From Macrostomum lignano (Eukaryota), in assembly GCA_002269645.1 (NCBI GenBank), contig NIVC01000493.1, positions 372,001-436,000 of the forward strand: a stretch of 64,000 nt of DNA. Reading direction: 5' to 3'. The translations under genes were made by a program, and so were the position numbers. This document shows, one piece after another, positions 9,456 through 22,025 of the stretch. Every line of letters begins with the position of its first letter. Within the stretch, counting starts at the first letter, position 1. Under the pieces are notes generated by a model that saw only the letters and a list, made by a program, of their open reading frames with translations, ran no database searches and was not told where the DNA came from.

Positions 9456-12314
9456 TCACTCCGAATAGTCGTATTCGGTTGAGCCGCCGTCAGAATCATC
9501 GGCGCCAGGTCTGGCGCCACCGCCGCCGCGCCGCTGCCTGGCGTCAATATCCGACTCGTCGTCGTAGTCGGAGTCGGCGTCGTCCTGGTCGCTGGAGTCG
9601 TACACCGGCTTCTTCACCGGCACCTCGGCGGCCGGCAGTACATCCAGCCGGATTGGCAGGTTCAGCTCGAGGTCAAGGTAGGAGTCGGAGCGCAGACACA
9701 GGGTGTAGGTGTAGCTGCCCGGCTTGTCCGGCGCTTGGAAGCGAAGCGGAACCTGCCGCGCAAATTGGGATTGCAGAGATTTAGACAGAGTATTGCAACT
9801 TGGGATTGTGGTATAATAGATTGAGTTCCCAGCATTGCAGTATGACAGATTGAGATTGCAGGATTGCAGGATTGGGATTGCAGGATTACAGTATTGGGAT
9901 TGCAGGATTGCAGCATTGGGATTGCAGGATTACAGTATTGGGATTGCAGGATTGCAGTATTGGATTGCAGGATTGCAGTATTGGGATTGCAGGATTGCAG
10001 TATTGGGATTGCAGGATTGCAGTATTGGGATTGCAGGATTGCAGTATTGGGATTGCAGGATTGCAGTATTGGATTGCAGGATTGCAGTATTGGGATTGCA
10101 GGATTACAGTATTGGGATTGCAGGATTGCAGTATTGGATTGCAGGATTTCAGTATTGGGATTGCAGGATTGCAGTATTGGGATTGCAGGATTGCAGTATT
10201 GGGATTGCAGGATTGCAGTATTGGGATTGCAGGATTGCAGTATTGGATTGCAGGATTGCAGTATTGGATTGCAGGATTTCAGTATTGGGATTGCAGGATT
10301 GCAGTATTGGGATTGCAGGATTGCAGTATTGGGATTGCAGGATTGCAGTATTGGGATTGCAGGATTGCAGTATTGGGATTGCAGGATTGCAGTATTGGGA
10401 TTGCAGGAGTGCAGTATTGGGATTGCAGGATTGCAGTATTGGGATTGCAGGAGTGCAGTATTGGATTGCAGGATTGCAGTCTTGCAGAATTGGGATTGCA
10501 GGATTGCAGTCTTGCAGAATTGGGATTGCAGTCTTGCAGTCTTGCAGAATTGGGATTGCAGTATTTCCGTATTGCAATTGAGCACAAAATTCAGATTTTG
10601 CAAAATCACAAGCCGGAGAGCTAATTTTTGCCTGGCATTAGGCGTCACTAAGCCAGCTTTTAAATTACAAAGGAAAGATGCACGCACTACACAAGATCAA
10701 TAGGGAATTCTGCTTGAAGCGTGACAAAAAGTGGCCATTTTTAGAATTATCAATTAAATTAAATTAAAACATGCAGAAAAAAAGTCTACCATGTCACCGA
10801 CAGACGGCCAGAAAGACGGCATTCACGTGAGATTAGCTAGCACGCAATTGCATTCATAGATTATTGCTTTTGAATTGTTTATGAGTTGTTTTTCCCATCA
10901 ACATGGATATCAGAAAGATAGAAGGCAGTTGTACAAGCATATGAAAAATTCTGATTTAGTATAGAACCATCGGTGGAAGAACCTCGGCGGGAGAAACTCA
11001 AGCAGAAGAAACTCGATGGGAGAAACTCAAGCAGAAGAAACTCGATGGGAGAAAATCGATGGCAGAAACTCGATGGGAGAAACTCAAGCAGAAGAAACTC
11101 GATGGGAGAAACTCAAGCAGAAGAAACTCGATGGGAGAAACTCAAGCAGAAGAAACTCGATGGGAGAAAATCGATGGCAGAAACTCGATGGGAGAAACTC
11201 AAGCAGAAGAAACTCGATGGGAGAAAATCGATGGCAGAAACTCGATGGGAGAAACTCAAGCAGAAGAAACTCGATGGGAGAAACTCAAGCAGAAGAAACT
11301 CGATGGGAGAAACTCAAGCAGAAGAAACTCGATGGGAGAAAATCGATGGCAGAAACTCGATGGGAGAAACTCAAGCAGAAGAAACTCGATGGGAGAAACT
11401 CAAGCAGAAGAAACTCGATGGGAGAAACTCAAGCAGAAGAAACTCGATGGGAGAAACTCAAGCAGAAGAAACTCGATGGGAGAAACTCAAGCAGAAGAAA
11501 CTCGATGGGAGAAACTCAATGGGAGAAACTCGATGGGAGAAACTCAATGGGAGAAACTCGATGGGAGAAACTCAATGGGAGAAACTCAATGGGAGAAACT
11601 CGATGGGAGAAACTCAAGCAGAAGAAACTCGATGGGAGAAACTCAATGGGAGAAACTCAATGGGAGAAACTCGATGGGAGAAACTCGATGGGAGAAACTC
11701 AAGCAGAAGAAACTCGATGGGAGAAACTCGGTGGGAGAAACTCGATGGGAGAAACTCGATGGGAGAAACTCGATGGGAGAAACTCGATGGGAGAAACTCA
11801 AGCAGAAGAAACTCGATGGGAGAAACTCGGTGGGAGAAACTCGATGGGAGAAACTCGGTGGGAGAAACTCGGTGGGAGAAACTCGATGGGAGAAACTCGG
11901 GAGAATCGAGCTCACCTGCTCTGTGTCATCGAGCGAGGTGATGAACACGGGCTGGGTGAGCAGCTTGGACACGCGCTTGTCGCAGATGTACAGCCACCAG
12001 AACTCGAGCTTCTCGCCCGGGAACATCGGGCAGTGCACGACTCGAGTTGTCCGACTCCGCGTATCCAGCGAGTTGTCCCTGCGCAGCTGCTCCTGCACCC
12101 GGTCCCAGCCGCTCTCGCCGTCGGACTCGTCGCCGTCCCGACTGGCGCCTGCACCGTCCGCCTCGTCGGCATCTTCGTCGGGCGCCTCGGCGGCCGGCTG
12201 CTGCTGGGCGTCGCCGTCGACGGACATTTCGACCAGCGGCGGCAAATCGTCGTCTTCGTCGTTCTCGGTGTTCCGTCCGGCTTCATCGTTTGCCGAAGCA
12301 GCGGCGGATTGCTT

Positions 12315-12349
<35 letters not shown>

Positions 12350-15300
12350 TGGCCTGCTGCTTCGGTTTACTCTTTCCCTTACCCTTGTTCAGCCAACTGT
12401 CCTTGCCGCGCTTCTTCTTCTGCTGCTGCTGATGATGATGCGACTGTTGAGGCTGCTGCGACGAATTCTTTGCCGGGGAGCCGTCGGTGCCGACCGTCGA
12501 GCCGCCGTTTGACGTCGGCGATGCCGCCGTCAGCAAATCATCTTGGCAGCCATTTTGAAGCAGAGTGTGCTGCCGCTGCGACTCATCGTCTCCTGCTTCG
12601 TCGAATTGGTTGGCGGAGGCATCGTCACCGACTGCGGAGGTGGCCGACATCAGCTCGGCCAGGTCGCGCCGCGTCAGGGTCACCGTCACCGTGACCAGGC
12701 TGCTGGCGGTCACCTGCATAGTTACCGGGGCGGTGTGGGTGGCGCATAAAACTTCGAACCGTATAAAAACTGCTATAAGGTTTTCTAAATTCGGGACTGC
12801 CGCTATCCTTTGGATATCTATCCCAGATCTTAAGTTATTAACACCGCAGATGGAGCCAAATATATAAAATCTCCCCAAATATCCCAGATCCCAAATTTAA
12901 TATTGACTACTTTTACTACTACTATTACTAGACTCGGAGGGTTTTTAGTCTACTTGTTAGGGCGCTCGACTCAAAACTGAAAGGTCGGGGCGGGGGTTCG
13001 ATTCCCAATCCCACTGGAACAATTTGTGTCCTTGAGCAAGATACTTAACTCTGCATTGCTTCAGTTCACCCAGCTGTAAAATGGGTGCCAGCATTAGCTG
13101 GGGTAATTGAGGGCGTGTGGCGACCCCCAGTCCTTGGACTGAACAGCCGTACGCTGCCTTCAGCTGCGCCGCGCAGTAGCTGCGGCTGAGCTGTCGGTTT
13201 CTGGGCAGGTGTAATACTGTAAGTACTAACTACTGCTACTACTGCTATTACTACTACTACTATTACTACTACAAATCTCAGATCTCCCCAGAATATCCCT
13301 GATCCCATTCGCCCAGCCGCTCACCTGCTCCGGTTTGTCATCGTCGATGACCTCAATTTTGCTCTGCACGTCGACCTGCGGCATGCCGGCGCACACGGTC
13401 ATAACATCGCGGTACTGGTCCTCGGTCAGGCTCCTAAGCAGCGCCCGCCGCTCGCTATCCGGCATCAGGGCCAATTGTCGAATAGTTCGAATATTTCGCT
13501 TCCTAGTAACAAAATGACGCAACGAATCTTCGGATATGTGCGGCAGCTGCAATATTGGACTCTTGTTCTCCCATAGGCCCTGGACAATCATGGGGCTCAG
13601 CTTCATGATGCACTCGATAGTCTCTAAGCGGGGGTGGCCACAGCGGCTACCGTAGTACTGGGCGCAGGCCACAAGCTGCATGCTAAGTGACACCATCTCC
13701 TGCAGCAGGGCCGGGCACTTGCATACAACTGTCCGCCTATCGACCTCCAGCGTATTGGGGTTCAGGTCCAGCCGGCTGAGATGCGCGTGCAGCAACACGC
13801 GAGCCTTCAAAGCGTATGGCAGACAGAACGGTGGCTCCTTGTTCTTTTCGTTTACCTGAGGCAGCTGCTTCATCACCATTGGAACCTGGACAGGGAATAG
13901 GCGAGGCAAAACTAATCATTATTCTTTCAGGTTATTAAAGCTGAGTCAAGATTGAGGCTGAAAAAGGTAATAGGGGATGAGACGAGAGGGAGACAAAGTT
14001 AAGGGGAGTAGGTTAAGGGAAGACAGTGAGGAGACAAGGTTAAGAGGAGAAGGGTGAGAGGGAGACAAGGTTAAGAGGAGAAGGGTGAGAGGGAGACAAG
14101 GTTAAGGGGAGAAGGGCGAGAGGGAGACAAGGTTAAGGGGGAGGGTGAGAGGGAGACAATGTTAAGGGGGAGATGAGATGGAGACAGGGTTACGGTGAGA
14201 AGGGTGAGAGGGAGACAAAGTTGAGGGGAGAAGGGTGAGAGGGAGACAAAGTTAAGGGGAGAAGGGTGAGAGGGAGACAAAGTTAAGGGAGAAGGGCGAG
14301 AGGGAGACAAGGTTAAGGGGAGGGTGAGAGGGAGACAATGTTAAGGGGAGATGAGATGGAGACAAGGTTAAGGGAGAGGGTGGGAGGGAGACAAGGTTAA
14401 GGGAGAGGGTGAGAGGGAGACAAGGTTAAGGGAGAGGGTGAGAGGGAGACAAAGTTAAGGGGAGAAGGGTGAGAGGGAGACAAAGTTAAGGGGAGAAGGG
14501 TGAGAGGGAGACAAGGTTAAGGGAGAGGGTGAGAGGGAGACAGGTTAAGGGAGAGGGTGAGAGGGAGACAATGTTAAGAGGAGAAGGGTGAGAGGGAGAC
14601 AAGGTTAAGGGGGAGGGTGAGAGGGAGACAATGTTAAGGGGGAGATGAGATGGAGACAGGGTTACGGTGAGAAGGGTGAGAGGGAGACAAAGTTGAGGGG
14701 AGAAGGGTGAGAGGGAGACAAAGTTAAGGGGAGAAGGGTGAGGGGGAGACAAAGTTAAGGGAGAGGGTGAGAGGGAGACAAGGTTAAGGGAGAGGGTGAG
14801 AGGGAGACAAGGTTAAGGGAGAGGGTGAGAGGGAGACAAGGTTAAGGGAGATGGTGAGAGGGAGACAAGGTTAAGGGAGAGGGTGAGAGGGAGACAAAGT
14901 TAAGGGGAGAAGGGTGAGAGGGAGACAAGGTTAAGGGAGAGGGTGAGAGGGAGACAAAGTTAAGGGGAGAAGGGTGAGAGGGAGACAAGGTTAAGGGGAG
15001 AAGGGTGAGAGGGAGACAAGGTTAAGGGAGAGGGTGAGAGGGAGACAAAGTTAAGGGGAGAAGGGTGAGAGGGAGACAAGGTTAAGGGAGAGGGTGAGAG
15101 GGAGACAAGGTTAAGGGAGAGGGTGAGAGGGAGACAGGTTAAGGGAGAGGGTGAGAGGGAGACAAGGTTAAGGGAGAGGGTGAGAGGGAGACAAGGTTAA
15201 GGGAGAGGGTGAGAGGGAGACAAGGTTAAGGGAGAGGGTGAGAGGGAGACAGGTTAAGGGAGAGGGTGAGAGGGAGACGGGTTAAGGGAGAGGGGATGAG

Positions 15301-18300
15301 GAATGATGGTGAGCGACAAGGTTAGTTATGGGGAGAACAGGAGATTATAGACTTCAGACAATGTCATGCTCTAAATCAGACATCAAACCGCTCTGACTGA
15401 CCTCTTCGTTGTCTGACGGTCGTTCAACCACTTCGGGATTCTGCAGCCGATTGAACTCGCAGGCGCTGGCCAGAATCATTAAGATGCGCCTAAACGACAT
15501 ATTAGGCGTGCGCATAAGGAAATAGCGAAATATTTCCGTAGTCTGCAGCAATATCGACTCGCCAGTGAACTTGATGGTTCTGTACCACCAGGTTCCAACC
15601 ACCACAGGCAGCAGCACCATGAATACGAGGCCGTAGACGCCAAGCACTAGCATGCTGTTCTCTTGGCGGACCAGCCATTTAGGCAGAGCGATGCCGAAAT
15701 TAATAGCCGTAGGGCCGTCAGGACTGCCGTGGATTTCCCAATTCTTTCTGTCCTGTTCGTTAGTGAGAGCCCGGTAGGCCTTGGAGATCTGCTGGAATAC
15801 CTGCGGATCGCCGCCTTTGTCTGGGTGATGCGTCAGTGACAGCTGGCGATAGGCTCTGCGAATGTCCATCGGACTGGCGCCCTGAACAGATTGACGGGGG
15901 TAGAAACAATATAATTTATACGCGCGCTTCTAATTTTACTACTAGTAGTAGAAATGCAAGAAAAAATCTAGCGATATTTTTAAGTCATTAAACATTTCAT
16001 AAAAAATTGTAGTATGCTTTTAGCACTACTTATAAAAGTAGCGAATCACGCGAATAATGTATAAATACGAAGGTAGGAAATCAAACATACTGTAATAAAT
16101 CAACAATTTACAATTACCTACCCGATCAATGCCCAGAACATTGTAGGGATCGAAGTCCATCCATTCGACCTTAATTGTGTTCACCTTGTACAACAGCACT
16201 GCCAGTATTATCCATAAGACAAAGAACAAAAGCTTCCTGTAATTGAAAAGTACATAAGTAACTCATGTCAGCTTAAATTACATTATTTCCGAGGCCAAGA
16301 ATAGAAACTTACAATAACTTTTTCTTTCGCTCTTTCCATGGCGAAAAAGATTTCAACAGATGCCGCTTCATCTGGCAGCCGTCGCAGTGACATTTCCGCT
16401 TGCCTTGCTCGATGCGATCTACGAATTTCAGGCCAGTGAAAATTGTAATCTGTCACACGGGTTAAGGCTAATGGGGGATCGCTTATATGTCAAGGCTTAT
16501 GGGGGGGGAATTGCTTAGATGTCAAGGCTTATGGGGGAATTGCTTAGATGTCAAGGCTTATGGGGGAATTGCTTAGATGTCAAGGCTTATGGGGGAATTG
16601 CTTAGATGTCAAGGCTTATGGGGGAATTGCTTAGATGTCAAGGCTTATGGGGGAATTGCTTAGATGTCAAGGCTTATGGGGGAATTGCTTAGATGTCAAG
16701 GCTTATGGGGGAATTGCTTAGATGTCAAGGCTTATGGGGGAATTGCTTAGATGTCAAGGCTTATGGGGGAATTGCTTAGATGTCAAGGCTTATGGGGGAA
16801 TTGCTTAGATGTCAAGGCTTATGGGGGAATTGCTTAGATGTCAAGGCTTATGGGGGAATTGCTTAGATGTCAAGGCTTATGGGGGAATTGCTTAGATGTC
16901 AAGGCTTATGGGGGCGCTGATAGAAGTGTCATAGACATGAAAAGTGTCAGGTCAAAAATAAGAGTCATGTAAAACATAAATAAGCATCTGTAAGACATAT
17001 AGAAGTGACATGTCGAACATAGAAAATTTATTTGGGAAATGCTACGACGTCAAAGCTTGAAGGAAATTGCTATAATGTGACTTTTGGGGAGAATTACTGA
17101 AATTTCAAGGTTTATAGGGGAAGAACTTCTAAGAAGTCAAGGCTTTAGGGTTAGGGTTGGGGTTAGGGTTACAATTAGGATTAGGGGGAATTGCTAAATA
17201 GGAGAGTTAGGGGGAATGGGGGATATTTCAAAGCTGACAAAGGATTTGTTGACATTTCAAGGCTGACAGGGGAGTTGTTGAGATTTCAAGGCTTATTGGT
17301 GGCATTTCTGAGATGTTAAGGCACATTGGGGGATTGTTGAAATGTCAAGGCTTATAGGCAGTGCTGGGCACTGGTCCGTTAATAAGTGTTAATCCATTAA
17401 TAAGCATTAATATTTCTCATTAATGTTAACGGACTGCCATTAAGATTTTTTGAACTAACAGATTAACGAATTTGTGTTAATTATTTTGTGAGTTAACAAA
17501 AAATTCATTGTTAACATCAAAGACAGTGTCAAGACAAACGATGCAAAGAAAAAACAAAAATACAAGTCTGGCAAGAAGTTACAACATTACAAATGTATTT
17601 GAATTTACCTAAATGTCTAATTAATCTCTTTGATTATGACAATGATCATGCAGATGTAACAACTTCTTACTAATGAACTTTAATAATGAATTAAAATTGT
17701 GAACTTTATTGCTTGTGTGTGAGCATTGATTGCTTTGATTCACTTCTTTGCCAATCTTTTGTAACTTTCTGCTGTGCCTGCTAATGCTACTGAAAAAACC
17801 TTCCTATTCGTATTTTATTATTAACTAATTAGCTTTTTAAGTTTCAAATAAATAAGTTAATTTGTTTACTGTATGCTTACTTTTAGTAGTATTATACTTA
17901 CAAGTTTTTACTATTATAATTTTTTGTTATTTTTTTAGCTTGTAAATTGGTTGGATGACCTGTGTTTAGCTAAAAAGATGGAAAAGCAAAAGCAGTGCAA
18001 GATTTCTGTATTTTCTGTGTTAACTTTAACGGATTAACCCTAATTAATGATTATCAGTTAATTTTCAGTTAACTTAATGATATTAAGAGTTAAAAAGTTA
18101 AGATTTTTTGTTTGAACACTAATGCTTTTGCCTTTAATGGAAGTTAAGATTTTCATTAATGGTGCCCAACACTGCTTATAGGGAAAATTGCTGAGATTAC
18201 TGCAAGAAGCTAAATATAATTTATTCTAAGAACTATTCCATTTTCTATTGGCTTAATAATAGGAGGAGCTAATTGCTGGTCTTAACTACATGCAAGAGCT

Positions 18301-20317
18301 TTTTTTGAACAAAATTTAGCATATATACCAAACCTGAAATTGGCAATTTTTAGTATGCCAATTATGTATGCCAATGTTAGACTTAAAAATTTTCTAATAT
18401 AAAGGCTAAAACAAAAAATGATTATTTTTTACCTATATATAAAATTGCTTAAAATATATAATGGAACATTTTGGACTTAAGGTAACATTTTATTATCTTA
18501 TAATCTATGTTCCTATAACCATATTTATATCTATATACTTTGTCTAAAAACCTCCATATCTTTAACTTTCTGTAACTATATCTATAGCTATAGCAGACTT
18601 TATTAAAACTTGTCAAGCTTGTAGACCTGAACTTGTAACATACATATAGGTTTGTAGATTTACTTAGCAGATATATATAAAGCAGAGCTGATTTCTTCCA
18701 AAGCTAAAAATAAAAAGCTATATGATGCTATTCATATTTTTATTAGACTACTATACTAAGATTTAACCTATAGACTATTGATTTGCCTTATGCAAGACTT
18801 TTACTTATTTGGCCAACTTATTTGGCCATAGACATTTTCTGATTTGGCACTATGTTGTGGCACCAATTAAAACTGTAAAAAAAATTGCAAAACAAACTAG
18901 AAGATCCCCTAGATTCTTTATAACATAGCTATACCATAGCATAAGCCTAAATTTGTTTCCATAATAGAAAAAGAAATCATTACATTTAGAAATGGTTCTA
19001 GGACATTTTGTCAACTAGAATTTTATCAACCAGCATTTTGTCAACTGGAATTTTGTCAATTAGTATTTTCTCAATTAGACATTATGGCAACTAGACATTT
19101 GGTTTAGGCCAAAATTATTTGTCCGTTATGTTGGTTGTTAACATTAACATATTTAAGTTTAAATTTTAAGTTTTATCATAAAAAATATTGAAACCATGTA
19201 CATAGCATTCAGGTACTATGGTTCAAGTATTGCAACACCATTGAAGACTAAACGTTTTTATAAAAATTTACTTCTAAGAAATATATACATTTTAAACAAA
19301 CTTGAAATTGCATTACCATTTCTAAATTCTCTAGCTGGTGCAGCTATAATAATTAGCTACAACTTTCTGAGCTGCCATAATGTCTAGTTGACAAAATGCT
19401 GGTTGACAAAATGTCCGATCATTTTAGAAACATACTAGCTATATCTATAATATTAAAGCTTATGGACATGGCAGCCATGTCCATATAGTATAGAATATGT
19501 CTCTTACTTCTCTTACAGTGGTGTCTTACAATGGCCATGTTAATGAAGTCTACAAAATGCTAGTGGCCATGTCATTAATGAGTTCACACTTTAAAATATA
19601 GTGGCTATGTTTCTAATATAGAATCCATTTAACACTAGAGATGATAGCAATCTTTTTATTGCCAAGATTTAAACCAACAATACCATGTGTGCTTACATGG
19701 CAAACATGCCTATATATAAGCTCAATTTTTTTAGACATGCAGTTGCTATTTTTATAAGTATTCCAAAATGAAATAGTATAATTATAATAAAAAATAATAC
19801 TATATGCTTAGGGGAAACATCATAATGCTGTGACACTTGGGAAGAATTGCTAAGATATTAAGAAGCTAGGCCTAAATGTAGTTTATTAAAAACTTGTATT
19901 TATTTTTTGTTGGTTCCCCAGTAGGGGAGCACCGATTGCTAGTCTAAGACTAAGACCACTATACTAGTCTAGTCTAGAACATGTAACTTTCATTTTTGTC
20001 TTATGTCTAAGATGAAAAAATATAAATAGGCCTATAAAATAAAACTCTTGAGTTAAAGTAGCCAAAATGTGACTTGTTACTTATTTCCCTAACCCTAATG
20101 CTTGTTTAAAAGCTAAAAGTTAAAAAAAAAATTTGCAAGACTCAAAAGTAGTCTAAGGAATGATTGTAAAACTTGCAAACTTTATTTTCTACATACCAGA
20201 TTGAGATGTCGGCCAAAAGTAGTAAGTCATAGGCAACAATACAAGTGCATAAAAAGCCAGAAGAAAATAATAGAAAGTTGATCCTGACTCGTCATATTCA
20301 AACTTCATCCCAGCCAT
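9456..20317 (-). CDS. SEC63: Translocation protein SEC63 homolog, 7 exons: 20317-20197, 16418-16313, 16236-16122, 15881-15402, 13885-13325, 12713-11916, 9752-9456 (825 aa)
   Basis: N-terminus MAGMKFEYDESGSTFYYFLLAFYALVLLPMTYYFWP; CHCDGC; J-domain with HPDKGG; GIALPKW..ENSMLVLGVYGLVFMVLLPVVVGTWWY; Sec63/Brl domain (CLPYALKARVLL, KCPALLQEM, EFWWLYICD, LRSDSYL); acidic C-terminal tail. All six introns are GT-AG with matching phases; total 2478 nt. Confidence 0.97.
9770..10580. repeat. Minisatellite of GGATTGCA / GTATTG modules (SEC63 intron 6)
   Basis: Dozens of GGATTGCAGTATTG-type units in mixed 8, 16 and 25-bp arrangements. Confidence 0.95.
10985..11900. repeat. 14-bp GAGAAACTCGATGG minisatellite with longer variants (SEC63 intron 6)
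   Basis: Direct reading; the longer unit carries an AAGCAGAA insertion; array ends about 15 nt from the exon 6 donor. Confidence 0.95.
12935..13270 (+). mobile_element. tRNA-derived SINE, family 1, with CORE/Meta-like central domain, copy 1 (SEC63 intron 5)
   Basis: GGTTCGATTCCC B box; GTGTCCTTGAGCAAGATACTTAAC...CAGCTGTAAAATGGG central domain; (CTA)n tail; copies at 22883 and 54453. Confidence 0.85.
13975..15295. repeat. Purine-rich 28-30 bp minisatellite GAGAGGGAGACAAGGTTAAGGGAGAGGGT (SEC63 intron 4)
   Basis: About 45 variant units filling most of the intron. Confidence 0.95.
16480..16915. repeat. 29-bp tandem repeat TTATGGGGGAATTGCTTAGATGTCAAGGC, about 14 copies, with degenerate copies continuing to about 18200
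   Basis: GTCAAGGC recurs at 16521, 16550 and onward; near-perfect units. Confidence 0.95.
17359..18174. mobile_element. Non-autonomous hAT-type MITE (816 bp) with 8-bp TSD
   Basis: Terminal inverted repeats CAGTGCTGGGCAC / GTGCCCAACACTG; CTTATAGG duplicated at 17351-17358 and 18175-18182; AT-rich non-coding interior. Confidence 0.88.
18993..19421. mobile_element. Mutator-like MITE with subrepeated inverted arms
   Basis: GGACATTTTGTCAAC at 19001 is inverted at about 19402-19416; AGACATTATGGCA / TGCCATAATGTCT also inverted; candidate 9-bp TSD ATTTAGAAA / TTTTAGAAA with one mismatch. Confidence 0.55.
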
Positions 20318-21189
20318 TGTAGATTATAGATGGAATCTGACGAGGATATGATTACGAGTGTGCCTAGCGAACAGAGAAAAGTTACTTTGTTTCCGTAAAT
20401 TATTGGCAAATTTTCTTGACAGACAACATGTACGTAATTGGAAACGAACGACAGTGGTCGGAAGTTCGAATGGGATTGATTTCGCGTAAACTTAAATTAG
20501 CATTTGCGGAGTTATTCTTTTTGATGCCTAGAAACTTATGCTTATCTGCAAAAAACAAAAAATTAACAGTGAAGCTTAGCTAGTTGGTCATGTTTTTAAT
20601 ATATATTTTTCTGTCTTAGTAAGTTTAGAACGTTTTGTTTTACTGATATTTAATCGCAAATATAAATCTATGCGACTGTTCAAAAAGCGATAGAATCGGT
20701 AACACGCCGAGGTCTTAATAGTTATTATAGATCATTCGCTACTTCCTCCAATACTGGATATTTTTATCCTAGACTGTACTAGCTTCAAATAAGCGGACAG
20801 AAATTTTCTTGGCCAGAGTGATTCGCATTCTACTAGCAAATACAGTTCAAAATTAGTGTTTTCGATTAATAACAGTTTACCGATTACCTTTACTATGTAG
20901 AGCGAAGAGGACTAATATTACTTTCTCAGTTTTTTAAACAGTGGTTTTCTTGTTCATTTACTCTCTGCATCTTTGCTCTGCTACGAAACTGCCGAATTAA
21001 CGTCACATGGTTGAGAAGTCAGAGGTGACTGTACCAGGAAAAACGAAGATCATAAAGGTACATTTTTTGTCCGATCGTTCCAAAGAAATCATCGTTGAAG
21101 TTGTGCAACGAAATGAAAATTCTAAAGTAGCAGAGAAAGAGCAGTCGCAAAGGTTTGTAAATGGTGCTTTTATTTCCAGTGTTCTTGTC

Positions 21190-21335
21190 CGTCCCTGAAG
21201 TACCCGTCCCTGAAGGCCCCGTCCCTGAAGTACCTGTCCCTGAAGTACCCCGTCCCTGAAGTACCCGTTTCTGAAGTACCCCTTCCCTGAAGCACCCGTC
21301 CCTGGATTACCCGTCCTGAAGTACCCGTCCCTGAG
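21190..21335. repeat. 15-bp tandem repeat CCGTCCCTGAAGTAC, about 9 copies
   Basis: Direct reading. Confidence 0.85.
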
Positions 21336-22025
21336 TTGAGACCAATGAATTTTATCTTATTTTTTTCTTTCTTTACTGTAATTGTTTTTTGATTCGTGTT
21401 TTTTATTGTATGAGTTTTTTTCTTTTTTTAGTTCTTTATTATGTTTGTTCTGGGTGCAAGAACAATCTTTAGATAGTTATTATTCAATTCAACAATCTAG
21501 TTAATTAGAAGTTGATACAAATGATTTACCCTGTTAATTCAGTCGTGCCTTCTACGCTCGCATACGAGTAGCTTTCATGACTTTTAAGTGTGCATTGACC
21601 AAGTGTGGGTTGTTTATACTATATTTTATGCCTAATTTGATTACAATCGAAAACACTCCTAACTGCCTCACTGCAGGTTGCCAGCCAAAGCACCTCAACA
21701 GCAAGAAAAATCGTCCCATCGAAAGCCGGCAAGAAACGTTTTTGGATGCTTAATTAGTAAGTGCGTGCGATTCTGATCTGTTCAAAGCAAAGACTCAAGT
21801 GCTAAATTTATAATCGTGGGCAGAAACTAACGCGCTACTCGAAGGCTGTTTCCTAATTAATCCCGTGTTGGGGATTAGTCGAAACGCGGGGATCTAATAT
21901 CCTATTTCCTGTCCCTTTGTGTTTGATAATCCCTATTCGAGCCGACAATCCCCAAAACCATACGGGACTTTATTAATTTATCTAAAGAGTGCCTGCACCC
22001 ACTCCGACCAGGCGCTTTGTCCACC

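Noticed and set aside
9662-12512. Long ORFs of 250-500 aa with periodic Cys/Trp or EETRWEKL motifs
   Set aside because: Translations of intronic minisatellites, open in several frames and antisense to or inside SEC63.
16313-16339. ATG at 16339 as the SEC63 start
   Set aside because: Out of frame with the conserved CHCDGC...PW segment; the true first exon is at 20317-20197.
1386-20317. Functional linkage between ILP genes and neighbouring SEC63 (ER import of small precursors)
   Set aside because: Adjacency alone is not evidence in a eukaryote; no shared regulatory feature is visible.
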